Below, piece by piece: positions 12,220 to 23,202 of a stretch of 64,000 bases of DNA. The stretch spans positions 108,748,001 through 108,812,000 of the forward strand of contig OZ296650.1 in the NCBI GenBank assembly GCA_965655095.1, given 5' to 3'. How positions within the stretch are numbered: position 1 is the stretch's first letter; the number at the start of each line of letters is the position of its first letter. This DNA comes from Haplodiscus bocki. Its lineage: Eukaryota. Under the pieces are notes generated by a model, which worked only from the letters and a program-made list of their open reading frames with translations, was not told the DNA's origin and did no database searches. The translations under genes were made by a program, and so were the position numbers.

Positions 12220-15200
12220 TGCAAGGGTAGCGGTGGTTCCCTCTGTCCATAAAAAAACCCAAAGATACCTTAAGGTTACAACGGAAGTATATGCAATATC
12301 ACGTCGTTCAAAAATCACCCAATAGCAACCACCTTCTCATTTGCGACTCACAAGCCAGCACCCGAGACACAGGTGTATTGAACGTGCGTCCGTGTGCGAG
12401 ACCATCTTTTCATTCACTGTTGGGAACGACTTCGACAGTGAAGTATCCTTCACCCGCTCAGCTCATCAAAATGCAGAAGATTTACGTGATCTAGCCAAAA
12501 TTCTTGTCGAACGAGCCAAAAACGCATTCGTGCTCGGAATTCCCGAATGACATCACAGTCTAGAACGCAGAAGCAAGGTGAACTCTAGGCAGCAAAAACT
12601 GACGGGAAGCATTTTGGAGTTCATCCAAGCTAGACACATCAAGCTGAGCAAATAACGTAGATCTCGACTCGGTGGGACTCATGAACTTGTACATGCTTGT
12701 CTCCGAAAAATATAAAATTTAACAAATAGGAGGTCTAACAAGACAATCTGGGCACTGCTGAAGTTCTTGAGGGTCAAGGTGACATTCCAGGTCAGTTTTC
12801 CTTTCATTTTCTCCGCAGGTACTTTAGTGATCCACCGAAAATGAAAAAAAAACGGTTTAACCGAAGAATCCTATCGCCAGAACGAGTGAACAGAAACAAC
12901 TCGAATAATAGTTACCAAAAGTCATGGCGGTTAAATCCACTTGCACTTCTCGTTAATAAGTTTTGCACCTGACTAGCAAATGTAATCGATTCGAAGAAAG
13001 TCATTTACGATCTTAGTTGAAGTGTAAGATAATTTTTCCTTCATCTACTGACTGCAAAAACGAAACACGAAAAAATGATCCGAACGACTGAACAGCCTAA
13101 AGTTGACAAAACTCGGCAAGAAACTTTCACGCTTTGAACGAGCCTGGGAAACGTCCTCCGAACAAATGGAGAAGCTGAAACGAAAATGTCAAACAAGAAG
13201 ATGACATCGTCAAACAACAAAGCCTCATTCGCTGAACAAGCAAAACAAAACACGGAACCGCAACGGGAAGACGAATATTCGTTGGTGAAAAACCGGTTGC
13301 GACCTCGGCATTCGAATTAAGGGAATGGCGTGGCGGTAGCAAAAGAACAAAGCGGCGTCGCAAAACTGACCAAACATAGACAAGAGATTAATAGTATCCT
13401 TGGACATCTTGGCATCTTAGAAACCAAGCTCACTAAACTTATCAAATTGAGCAACACAATCCCGCACAAGGATCTCGTAAAATCAGAAATTGATCCGGAC
13501 AGTAAAATAAAGATCTCATCGTCAAAACAGCATTCAAATTGAAAAGATACAAGAAAAATTATCCTGAGTTCTATAAACAAAGTAACATCTTTAATTTGGA
13601 AACTACCACTGAAGCAAATTGAATTGAACTGTTAGCTGAGTCTCATTTCCCGGGATATCTACTTCTGAAGGACCAACTCGGCGGCGATGGACTCAAAGAT
13701 GAAGATGAACGGCATATCTTGGACACATCCAGCGAACTCAGCTTTAGCCAACACCTTCACGACCCCAACTCCAAACAACTAATCGTGCTATTGAGCAATA
13801 ATGAGGACCCGACACAAAAATGCGTGGCAGACCACACATTCACAGAAAACAAAAAATAATGATCACAACGTATATTCGACACTGTAACATATCCAACGTG
13901 AAGATTGGAGTCCGGATACTCAACAGGAAAAATATGGACTCATAAACCTGACTGAACGCTTTAGCAGACGCTATCAACGAAAAACCAATTGATCCGTATT
14001 GCAAACGCAGCGCTAACGCACTGATGGAACCTTATTAGGCTGACATCACACAGTTCACCATACATCAGTAAACGCATTTCAGACATGCATCAAAATCAAG
14101 CCACAAGGAAGAGAAAAATACCGCAACGTAGCTCAATGTCTGTCCATCAGGCGGCTCTAGAACTAAATCAAGATTGAGACGGAAAACGATTTAGGTAGCA
14201 ACGAGACAAAAGCTTCTAGCTCACGCTAGTTCTTTCGGATGCACCAGTAAAATGCCTTTATCAAGAAGAAACCCACACTCCCTCATTCAGGTATTTCACA
14301 CAGAAAGAACTACCGACACCGATTAAGATTGCGCACGGCTTTTCAACGAATTCTTTACCAGTGTCTTGAACTCCAAGGTTTACGATGGAACCATCAGCTT
14401 CCAAAATAGTTCACTGAACCGGATTAGAATTAGCGAACGAAAATTAGACACTTCTGAACAGTTGGAGCACAGACCAATCGACTGGCCTAGATGACTTTAG
14501 AGGTATTTTCTTACAACAGGCCTTGACCTCTTTTAACGAATCCTTAACTTTACTCTTCCAAAATATTCCTAAAACACCGGGACTCGAAAGAAAACTAACA
14601 CTAGATCGAGACACGATCTCAAAGCTCTTCATAACATCACAATCAGAAGAAACTGTACAGTTGTTAGAAAGATCCAATATCACACAGGATCTGTAACACC
14701 AGTTCTCACATACAGCTTCAAACATACAAGAACATGGTGCCTTGCAGAAGTTAAAGTGTAAAGCAAGCACTAGACTATAAAGATACTGTTGAAATGTCAA
14801 CTTCTCCCGGGTTCACTATACATGGAAATCCACGAATTACAATACCTACTAGACTAACGAAACAGAAAGAATGACATTGAACCCAGCACTCTTCCAACCT
14901 AGCAGTAATCAAAGCAGCAGAAAGGAACTGATCACACCCTCATACTAGACTTACAAAGTTTAATGAAAACTACTCCCACGCGCGAGCTTCCTCTACAACT
15001 TGTTTATACAATTGGTATGAAACGGAACATAAATTGACAAAACATCCCTACGTAAGGTCTACTGTCATTATTTCGCGCAAAAAAACAATGGAAAAGTTCT
15101 ATGCACCTGGAAGACATTGTGTCTTTGCAACAACAAATGAACCCATTATGGAAAACTAGTCCATTTCTCCGCAGGTATTTTAAGGTTCTACAGAAACGGA

Positions 15201-15292
15201 CCAGGATATCACATCAAACGAGAAAGCTACGAGACACTTCCGGAGGAACGCCCGTCTTGGCTTGCTCAACAGACTATTCAACTACTACTACT
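12220..15292 (+). mobile_element. LINE A: decayed, internally deleted CR1/L2-group non-LTR retrotransposon with ORF0 + ORF1 + ORF2 remnants
   Basis: SGNH-like ORF at 12291-12720; ORF1 RRM motif DLGIRIKG near 13300-13325; ORF2 remnants FNEFFTSV (~14342) and STGLDD (~14478); C-terminal CTWKTLCLC (~15103-15129); (ACT)n tail at 15281-15292. The 5' boundary is approximate. Confidence 0.75.
12291..12720 (+). pseudogene. ORF0 of LINE A: SGNH/GDSL hydrolase-like, frameshifted
   Basis: HLLICDSQ (block I GDS-like, 12330-12353), IFSFTVGND (block III GxND, ends 12430), AFVLGIPE strand, NNVDL (decayed block V DxxH, 12651-12665). Confidence 0.65.
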
Positions 15293-16527
15293 TTGTTGGA
15301 AGAGAACTTTTCACGGCGCGAAGGCTTCCGTTTTTATTCAACTCGCAACTAACAAAAAAAATCTCTTCCACCTTTTTATCTGATTCCATTCAAATTATTT
15401 TTGTTCCATGAAACTTTGTTGAAAGTATTTCAAATTAAACACCTGACAGGGATTCAAACAAAGCGAGTGAATTTAAAAATAATCATTTTCAACTGTCTGT
15501 AAAATAGCGTATTTCAAATTAAGGGATTTGGAGACCTAAGTGACAAGATATAGGACTTAAATTTGTTAGTGTCTTCGAAATTGCCAAAGATTTCAACTTT
15601 CTCCCATGAGAATCGGGGAATTGTCGCATTTCCACCAAAATTATATGGAATAGCATGTGGAAAATTAAGCCTTGCCATAACTTTTCGCAGAAATGCCCGT
15701 AACGCAGATGAGATACGGAACTTCAAAGAAAAATCTACTCAATTGAAAATTCAGCTGCAAAATTTTAAAAATGCTTCTGAATCTTCCAGTGCTAGCTTTA
15801 CTCCACTTCCCTAAAAAACTGCAAAAGTACGCTATTACTATAGTGCCAAGAAAAAACATACCTGCTTTTGAACAATTGAAATTTTTGCTCGACATTGAAA
15901 GTGTCAAAGGGCTGCATGTTGAGGTATCTTTTATGCAATTTATGACCATTAGCAGTTCAAAATAAAATTATAGCTCACAAGCTGCATTATTTTGGCACAT
16001 CCATAATTCTTCAGCACATACTTTGCATCAATGCAGGATTTCCAATCCCTCTTTGCGCCATCCTCGACAAGAACTTCCCTTGTGCACAGCTGTTCTGATT
16101 GATTGCGTTCTCGTTCCTCAACAAACGCTTCATCATTTACATTCGAGCTCATCTCCGATACCCAAATACTTCTATTGCATCAGAATACTTCTAGTGCAAG
16201 TATTTTAATAGAACAGATGCACTACTCTACATATTCACTAAAACAGAGCCTATTTCTCTGTTTCCAGAGTTGATTGGAACAGGTGATTTAACATTAGGAG
16301 CAGAAAACTGATCACAAATTGATAAGAAACAGTTTAACAAACTCGCAGAAATAATCGTCCGTTAGTATTGGGAAAGACGCCGGACAAAAAACCGTACCCC
16401 TAAACATTACTAAACATCATTATTAAATAGTTAAATAATGATCGGCTGGGGCAGCTGTGGTGGCCCCCTTTGATTGATCTTCACAAATTCAGAGGAAGCT
16501 GACTAGAAATTGGATTTTTCTCAACAG

Positions 16528-17124
16528 ATGATAAAGATCATTGCTGCCAGCTCCCTGCAACACTCCCTAAAGTCACTCCCACAAGCTGAACAAGATAATC
16601 TTTCCGAAATTATCTATTCTTTACCTGGTTTAAATCTTGATCCGACCAACAATCGTTTCGTTTACCCTTATCTGACTTCTGCCCCGTTGAGAAATGTTCA
16701 GCTAATCCTCTGGCACGATTTACTTAACAACACCCTTACTTCTCATCCGAAGAAGAAAAATATCCCTCAGACTGTTCCCCAACTTATCGAAACCCTCAAA
16801 AGTCTCCAAAACCTTTTTCGTGTGGTAACTTGCCAACGTGACGGTGCCCCCTACATCTTCGAGGAGCTTCTTAAAGCTTTGCCCTGTTACGTTATTGATG
16901 TCACGAAGCATATCATAAGCGCAACAGAACAACTCAACGATACTATTATCTCTCAATATAAACGTCTTCATCTATCTGCTGATCTTGAGCTTCGATCTTT
17001 GTCTGTAATCCTTCATTACCAAACAAACATCAAACGAATTTTCAAAACTAGAGGAACGAAACCCAGGAACACAATTGACAGACGCGAAGCGAAGAAGAGG
17101 CGAATCCCAAAACACCTTCAGTGA
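16528..17124 (+). CDS. ORF0 of LINE B: intact 198-aa SGNH-hydrolase-like protein with a basic C-terminal tail
   Basis: Uninterrupted ORF; first ATG at 16528, in-frame TAG upstream at 16504. Motifs KIIAASSL / SLPGL / LILWHDLLNN / YKRLHL fall in the order and spacing of SGNH blocks I, II, III and V. Homologous relics lie upstream of LINEs C and D. Confidence 0.7.
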   Translation: MIKIIAASSLQHSLKSLPQAEQDNLSEIIYSLPGLNLDPTNNRFVYPYLTSAPLRNVQLILWHDLLNNTLTSHPKKKNIPQTVPQLIETLKSLQNLFRVVTCQRDGAPYIFEELLKALPCYVIDVTKHIISATEQLNDTIISQYKRLHLSADLELRSLSVILHYQTNIKRIFKTRGTKPRNTIDRREAKKRRIPKHLQ

Positions 17125-17139
17125 CGAATCTTGTTAAGT

Positions 17140-17265
17140 AGGTGTGCTTGTTGAGTCACTGGCTCTGAGCCCCTCCCAATAGGATTCTCTGTACGTGTAA
17201 GTTTAGCATTTCTGATATACCGTCTTTGAAAGGTGTGCTTATTGAGTCTCTGGCTCTGAGCCCCT
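17140..17265 (+). repeat. Duplicated 35-bp motif in the ORF0-ORF1 spacer
   Basis: aggtgtgctt(g/a)ttgagtc(a/t)ctggctctgagcccct at 17140-17174 and 17231-17265. Confidence 0.9.
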
Positions 17266-17293
17266 TCAAAAGATAAGTGATCCCAGGAATAGG

Positions 17294-18109
17294 ATTGCTT
17301 CTGATAACAACTATTACCCTACCGTTGCTGAACTGCTGAACACATCCAACAGTGACCTAACCAGCTTTCTTTCTAAGGCTAAAAAGGCTACTTTGGAATG
17401 TTTACTACGTGAAACTTTGTCGCAACTGAACGATGCCAAGAAACACAATGAGCAATTGATAACATGCTGGGATGAAAACAAACGCTGCCTCCAACAACTT
17501 CAAAACTCTGTAACTGAAATCGGCAAAACTTCCCCGAAAATTATATCTGAGACATCAGAACCAGCAGTCTGGGCTGACGTAGTGAAGAAGTCCCTAGATG
17601 AAAGAGATTATGACAAAGCGGCATCAGAAACCGTTGTGTTTTACAATATTGCTGACCATTCCGATGACATTCCAATTACTCAACAACTGGAACCCTTTTT
17701 GAAAACGCTAGAAATTCCTTCCTCTGTAGTTAAATGTGCCAAAAGGCTTGGTGAACGCAAAGCTGCTCAAAATAAAAAATCATCTGTGCCTTCTAGACCT
17801 CGTCCCATTGAAGTCTGTTTGAACTCAGTTTTCGATAAGCGTCTCCTCATGAGCAATGTATCCAAGTTAAAAAGTACTGCAGTCTTCGTGAAACCAAAAC
17901 TGTGTTGGAAGGATCGTCTTATTGAGAAAGAGCTTCTTCATGCAAGATTTGAAATGGTTAAGAAAGGTGCCGATCGTTCACTCTTCCGGATAAGAGACCT
18001 CAAACTATTCTACAATGCCTCTCCTGTTGATGTTTCTGACGTTGACAAGTTCATGATGACAATTAACACAATCTCTGATAATTTACATCCTAATTCTGGT
18101 CCGGAATGA
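17294..18109 (+). CDS. ORF1 of LINE B (coiled coil + RRM-like + C-terminal domain)
   Basis: Frame open from 17246 to the TGA at 18107-18109. Motifs TVVFYNI, AKRLGE, RPRPIEV, KLKS..VFV, RIRDLKLF are typical of RRM-type LINE ORF1. No N-terminal ATG; ATT-GCT-TCT at 17294 may be a mutated start (inference). Confidence 0.8.
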   Translation: MASDNNYYPTVAELLNTSNSDLTSFLSKAKKATLECLLRETLSQLNDAKKHNEQLITCWDENKRCLQQLQNSVTEIGKTSPKIISETSEPAVWADVVKKSLDERDYDKAASETVVFYNIADHSDDIPITQQLEPFLKTLEIPSSVVKCAKRLGERKAAQNKKSSVPSRPRPIEVCLNSVFDKRLLMSNVSKLKSTAVFVKPKLCWKDRLIEKELLHARFEMVKKGADRSLFRIRDLKLFYNASPVDVSDVDKFMMTINTISDNLHPNSGPE

Positions 18110-20941
18110 CTAGTTAACCCAAAGATATGTCTTCTAAATGCTCGTGGATTAACAACTATAGCAAAGCGATCACGCCTACTTGACTACCTTATCACCAACC
18201 AAATTGAATTAACATTCATCACTGAGACTTGGTTGGATCACACTTTTGACGACAATGTTGCCTCGCTGTTTGGGCAGTACACTGTAATCGGAAGACGTGA
18301 CCGTTGTAATGGCCCTCACGGCGGGGTCATTGCCTTGAAAAGGGTGTCCTCTAGCATCAATTTCTCAAAAATACCGCTAGATGACTGTTTCGACTTTGCT
18401 TGTGCGTTCGTGCAAAATAGCCGGAATGTCTCACCAATACTACTGCTACTTGTCTAGCTTCCCCCTTCTAGCAGTCGTTACAGTGTATCAGCAAATGAAC
18501 TTTCTGTGTGAATTGATAGCCTCCTCAACTCTCTTATCTCTGAACATTCAAATTCTTTACCCCATTTTTGTGTCTTAGGTGACTTCAATCTTCCGAAATC
18601 ACAGTGGAAGACGTTGAGTAGTAGCGTTGATTATGAACTTGATGTCTTAGATATTCTGAGCAATCACTTTCTCACTCCGATAATTACTAACACCCCAACG
18701 CACATAGCTAACAATGTTCTGGATAACATTCTAGTAAGTGATCCTTCCCTTTTCAATCTATTATCAATCGACTCTGGTGCCAATATCAGTGATCACTATC
18801 CTATAATTTTTGAGTGTATTATTTCAGAACAACTCGTATTGGTATCTAGTCCTCTGCAATACAATTTTAACAACATGCGCTCGTTGAACAACTTTCGAAG
18901 CTACTGGCAACCCTTTGATTATTCCAACCACCCTAGTAGCACCGTAGAAGAATTCTACTTACACCTTCATAATGCAATCGCTCTTACTCTAGTCAAGAAA
19001 CGAACAAAACGTGTAAAGTTACCATATTATTACACTTCACACACTGTCCACTGCTACAATAGACTTGAAACTCTTAAACGACGTTGTATACGAAATCCAA
19101 CTAATAAAAACTTGACCAATCTAAACAGCTCACAGAAAGATTTCGACGATTCTGCAGAGTTGGACAGAATCACTTTACTTCATGGCTCCACCACCCACTT
19201 AATCTCTGAAAGCTTCAAACTTCTGCGCTCTCTTTCCAGCCAAACTCTTCCTCAAATAATGTTCCGTGGAGACAATTATTTCAACTCAGTTGCTGCAATT
19301 GTAAATGGGTTCAATGATTTCTTCGCTGAAAATTTCAACTTGCAACACTTTGATGATGTTGTGCCTTCGACCGACTGCTCACTTGAGCTTGATGGAGTAC
19401 TTGACACCTTCTCTCCCTGTGAAATTGTCAACTTCATAAACAATCTGAAGTCTTCTACGTCCCCAACCAACGGCGGCTTTCCCACACGTCTATTGAAACT
19501 TCACTCAGAGTTATTTGGAAAACTTCTACATCCTGTATTTTCATCGGTTGTCTTGACCAGGATTTTTCCACCAGAGTGGAAAGCGTCTCACATACTTCCG
19601 CTACATAAAGATGGTCCTAAAAATTGCATAGAGAACTATAGACCCATCAGTCTCCTTCCGAAAGTCTCTTTAATTTTTGAACGCATTCTTTTCAATTAAA
19701 TCTATTCAGCCATCAAAGACAAACTACATCCGAAACAATTCGGTTTCCAAGCCAAACGAGGAGCAGTCCTGCAACTTCTCGACTATCTTGAAACTATATA
19801 CAGACAATCTTCAAGCATTCTGTTTGCTGTGTACCTTGATTACGCTAAAGCCTTCGATAAAGTGCCTTATGCTGTCCTATTGAAGAAACTTCACACATTT
19901 GGTATGGATCTGAATTTCATTTCTTTGATGAGATCTTACCTGCTCGACAGAACACAAAAAGTTTCTGCCCAAGGTCAGCTCTCAAATGCCCTTCCTGTAC
20001 TTAGTGGAGTACCACAAGGCTCTGTATTGGGTCCGCTTCTATTTCTACTGTTTATTAATGATCTTCCAGCAATCTTTTTAGATGCTATACCTTGGCTCTT
20101 TGCCGATGATTTAAAACTTTTGTTCAATACAGCTAACTTCCATGACGACTTAAGTAGGTTGCATAACTGGAACCTCTCAAATGGAATGCTAGCCAACACA
20201 GCTAAAACAAAGACTCTCAACTTTAAATCTGTCACTGGCGTTAATCTAAGTGGCATTAACTTGATGAATGTAAATTCGCAAAGAGACCTCGGAGTCGTAG
20301 TGACCTCTAACTTGAAATGGGACAACCATATCGATATCAGGATCAGCAAAGCGCGCAAATCTTTCTTTCTTCTGAAAAATACTATTCCTTGGAGCACGCC
20401 TTCGAAGACAAAGTATAACCTCTATCGCAGCATGGTCCTATCTGTCCTTCTCTATGGCGCCGTCATCTGTTCTCCAAGTATGTCTTCGTTGAAGAAAATG
20501 GAGTCCTTCCAAAAATTTTGCTTTCGGTGGATTTTTGGAAAAAAGCTGAATTATGAAAGAACTTTGAAAACTAACAACCTACTGCCAATTGCTTACCATA
20601 TAGAGCTGGAGTCCCATTCACTTCTACTTAACTTACTTTTAAATAAATACGCCTACAATGTTGATGAAATAGTGACGTATCAGCCACGAAAACCTTATAA
20701 AAGGCTGAGTTCTTTCAACCCCCTTGTCCTTTCTTCGAACATGAAACATTCTGTTCTGAGAAACTCCGTTATGTCTTTCAATTATCTCCATCGTCATTCT
20801 ATAATCAGTGAACCGCATCCATCCTCAATCAGAAGTGTAAAAATTTTTCTGTTGAATAAAACCTTTGATTTCGATAATACTTGTACCTATTATATTTGTT
20901 GCTGCTGTGCTAAATGCTCACATTTGAAAAGTCTGATATGA
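18110..20941 (+). pseudogene. ORF2 of LINE B: APE endonuclease + reverse transcriptase, three in-frame stops, no frameshift
   Basis: LLNARGL, ITETWL, HGGV, GDFN, LD, SDH (APE); NYRPISLL, YLDYAKAFD, GVPQGSVLGP, FADD (RT). One frame throughout, with stops TAG 18455, TGA 18509 and TAA 19697. Confidence 0.95.
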
Positions 20942-20960
20942 TCTTTCTCTTCTTACATTT

Positions 20961-21007
20961 CTTGGATACCTGAAAAGGAATTAAGTCTTTCTCTCTCTCT
21001 CTCTCTC
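20961..21007 (+). other. LINE 3' stem-loop (cct-GAAA-agg) and (TC)n tail
   Basis: cttggatacctgaaaaggaattaag followed by a TC dinucleotide run; a 3' stem-loop plus simple-repeat tail is typical of CR1/L2-group elements. Confidence 0.7.
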
Positions 21008-23202
21008 ATTACAATCCAACTGCTATTAGATAGACTATTTTTGAGAGTTACTTTCGGGTAAAATGGTACTTTGGGTGCTTTAAAGTCACCCACATAGTTC
21101 AAATGTTATCAAACTGTTCATACATATAAATGAATAAAATGAAAATGTAAAATATCCTCCCGCAAATTGGGGTTGAAAGAATTTATATATATATATATAA
21201 AGTCACCCAAAAAGTAACATAAGCTACCGGCTTTTCATGGAATTTTTGTTCTTTCCCCTCCAAATAGACTTCAAAGCTACAAATGAACGCTCTATTGCTA
21301 TGAACAAGGTCTTCAAGCTTTAATTTCTTTCTAAAAATTTACTTTCTGAGCCTTCGTTGCACAAAGGCCACCTGTTTTTCTTGACTTTTTCAGCAATTTA
21401 ATTTTTGAGCAATTGACAACCAAAAATGTCAGTGACACTGCGCTTTTTGTTAGACGTAAATTGAAATGTCAATTTCAAATGTGTCTATATCATATGTCAA
21501 AAAACTAGGTTGTCGGGTTCGGCAGCTTTTTGGAAGCAAATGCCTGGTTTTGACAAAGAATAAACACACGCAACAGGCCGTTTCGACGGAGTAGTTACCT
21601 GGAAGAAAAATGTATCCGACAGAGACGAAGTTCCACTTCCATTGATTTTGCAACGAACCCGAAGAAGGGCATTGACTAATTCCCCAACGGCAGAAACAGC
21701 TTGATTGATTTTCTTGAGGTTTTCCATAAGGCAAAATTTACAAAGGCAGCTGATCAAAAGCAGCCCGAATTATGAGGATTCAAATGGGGCAGTGAATGGC
21801 AGCAGTTTAACTGGAAGTCCTCGAAAAAACGCAATTATAGAAAAGTTAGAACCTCAAAGAAAAAATCTATTTTTTTTATGTCTAAAAAGTGAAATGAGTA
21901 TCACAAACAGGATAAGACTGCTTTTCGGCAGATTCTCCCTACTGCTATCGCAGACTTTTGAACGACTAGACGGCCGCGATCCGACCAGTAGACTCCGTTA
22001 TTAAAAATACGTTGAACAATGATACCAAGAAAATTTTTCCGTATTGCAAAGAACAAGTCAGGAAAATTCGCAAGGAACGTTTGAACCGCCAGTTTTTTTC
22101 ATATTACGGATCTCAAATAACCACTGGATGGCCACAATCCATCTAGTGAAAAATGGACTGCTAACAAAATTTCGTTCTAAAGCATCAAGTCACAGGATTT
22201 CATGGGTATAGCATGAAAATCTGAAGCTAGGTATTTGCTTCTTCACGAATTCTTTATAATTAGGGCTTTGGAATCGGCAGTGGATGGTTTCGGTCCAACA
22301 AGTGGGTTTTAAGAACAATAACCTCGAAAACACAGGCGCAAAGTGCTTTGACCAAGGCTCGGAAAGATTAGGCGTCATGATTGTAATGCACTTCTGAAAA
22401 CTTTACTGCAAAGACTGTTAAGAACAGTCAAGTATGAGGCTCCAAAACTAAGTAATTAACACTTCAATCACTGTTTTTCAGCGGCTAAAATGTTCAGCAG
22501 CACAAACTTTAGAGCATCTTCAATAACAATATTGGGCAATTATTTTTTTAGAAAAATCGGTATACTTCAACAATAGCTAGAACGCAATAGGGCACCAGAT
22601 TGTATAAGCACAGTAAATGAAGGACAAAATAGGACTTTTCGACGTTTTTGATGAAACTTATTCAGCCAATGGAAAGTTATTGGCTCCCGAAGTTTGCACG
22701 TGAACATTCATGATCTTCCAATTTGTTGAAAATCAGGTTGATCGGAGCACTAGGTAATGAGCAATTGGGCATCAAGATTGAAAAAACCACAAAAGTTACG
22801 ACAATCTTATCTCTGGTAAAGGAAACTAGTTGTTAACAGTGCCACTGTTTCAACCTCAATAAGCTTTACTTCGATGATGTTGCGAGCGCCTAAAAACGCC
22901 AGCAAATTTCGAGTTTCAAACTACAAGACACTAGGAATGTATGATATAGCACCACCATTCATCAGAGGTTTTTCAAATTGCGCATCTGAAACTCAGCATT
23001 GGATGAGGGCAATCCAACTCGATGGGGTTTGAGAAAAACAAATTTGAAAAATGATGCAAGCGAAAAGGATCAAATTGAAAAAGAAGTCTACAGTTTGAAA
23101 CATCTGAAGCAGACGATTTCCGTTTCTTTTTCTCTCTACAAGTCGCGCACATGAATGAAAACTGGACGGTGGATGAGAAAAAAACAAATTCGAACAAAAA
23201 GA

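Larger units (their letters stand above)
16370..21007 (+). mobile_element. LINE B: near-intact three-ORF CR1/L2-group non-LTR retrotransposon
   Basis: ORF0 16528-17124, ORF1 to 18109, APE-RT ORF2 18110-20941 ending CTYYICCCCAKC, short 3' UTR, (TC)n tail to 21007. 5' end approximate; no TSD found. Confidence 0.92.

Noticed and set aside
15514-16208. Cluster of short overlapping ORFs between LINE A and LINE B
   Set aside because: No recognisable motifs; could not be tied to either element or to a gene.
18455-19699. Idea that the internal ORF2 stops reflect an alternative genetic code
   Set aside because: All three stop types occur, and neighbouring ORFs terminate normally at TGA; point mutations explain them.
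21450-22560. Coding-like relic, perhaps a DNA transposase
   Set aside because: No catalytic motif or terminal inverted repeats recognised.
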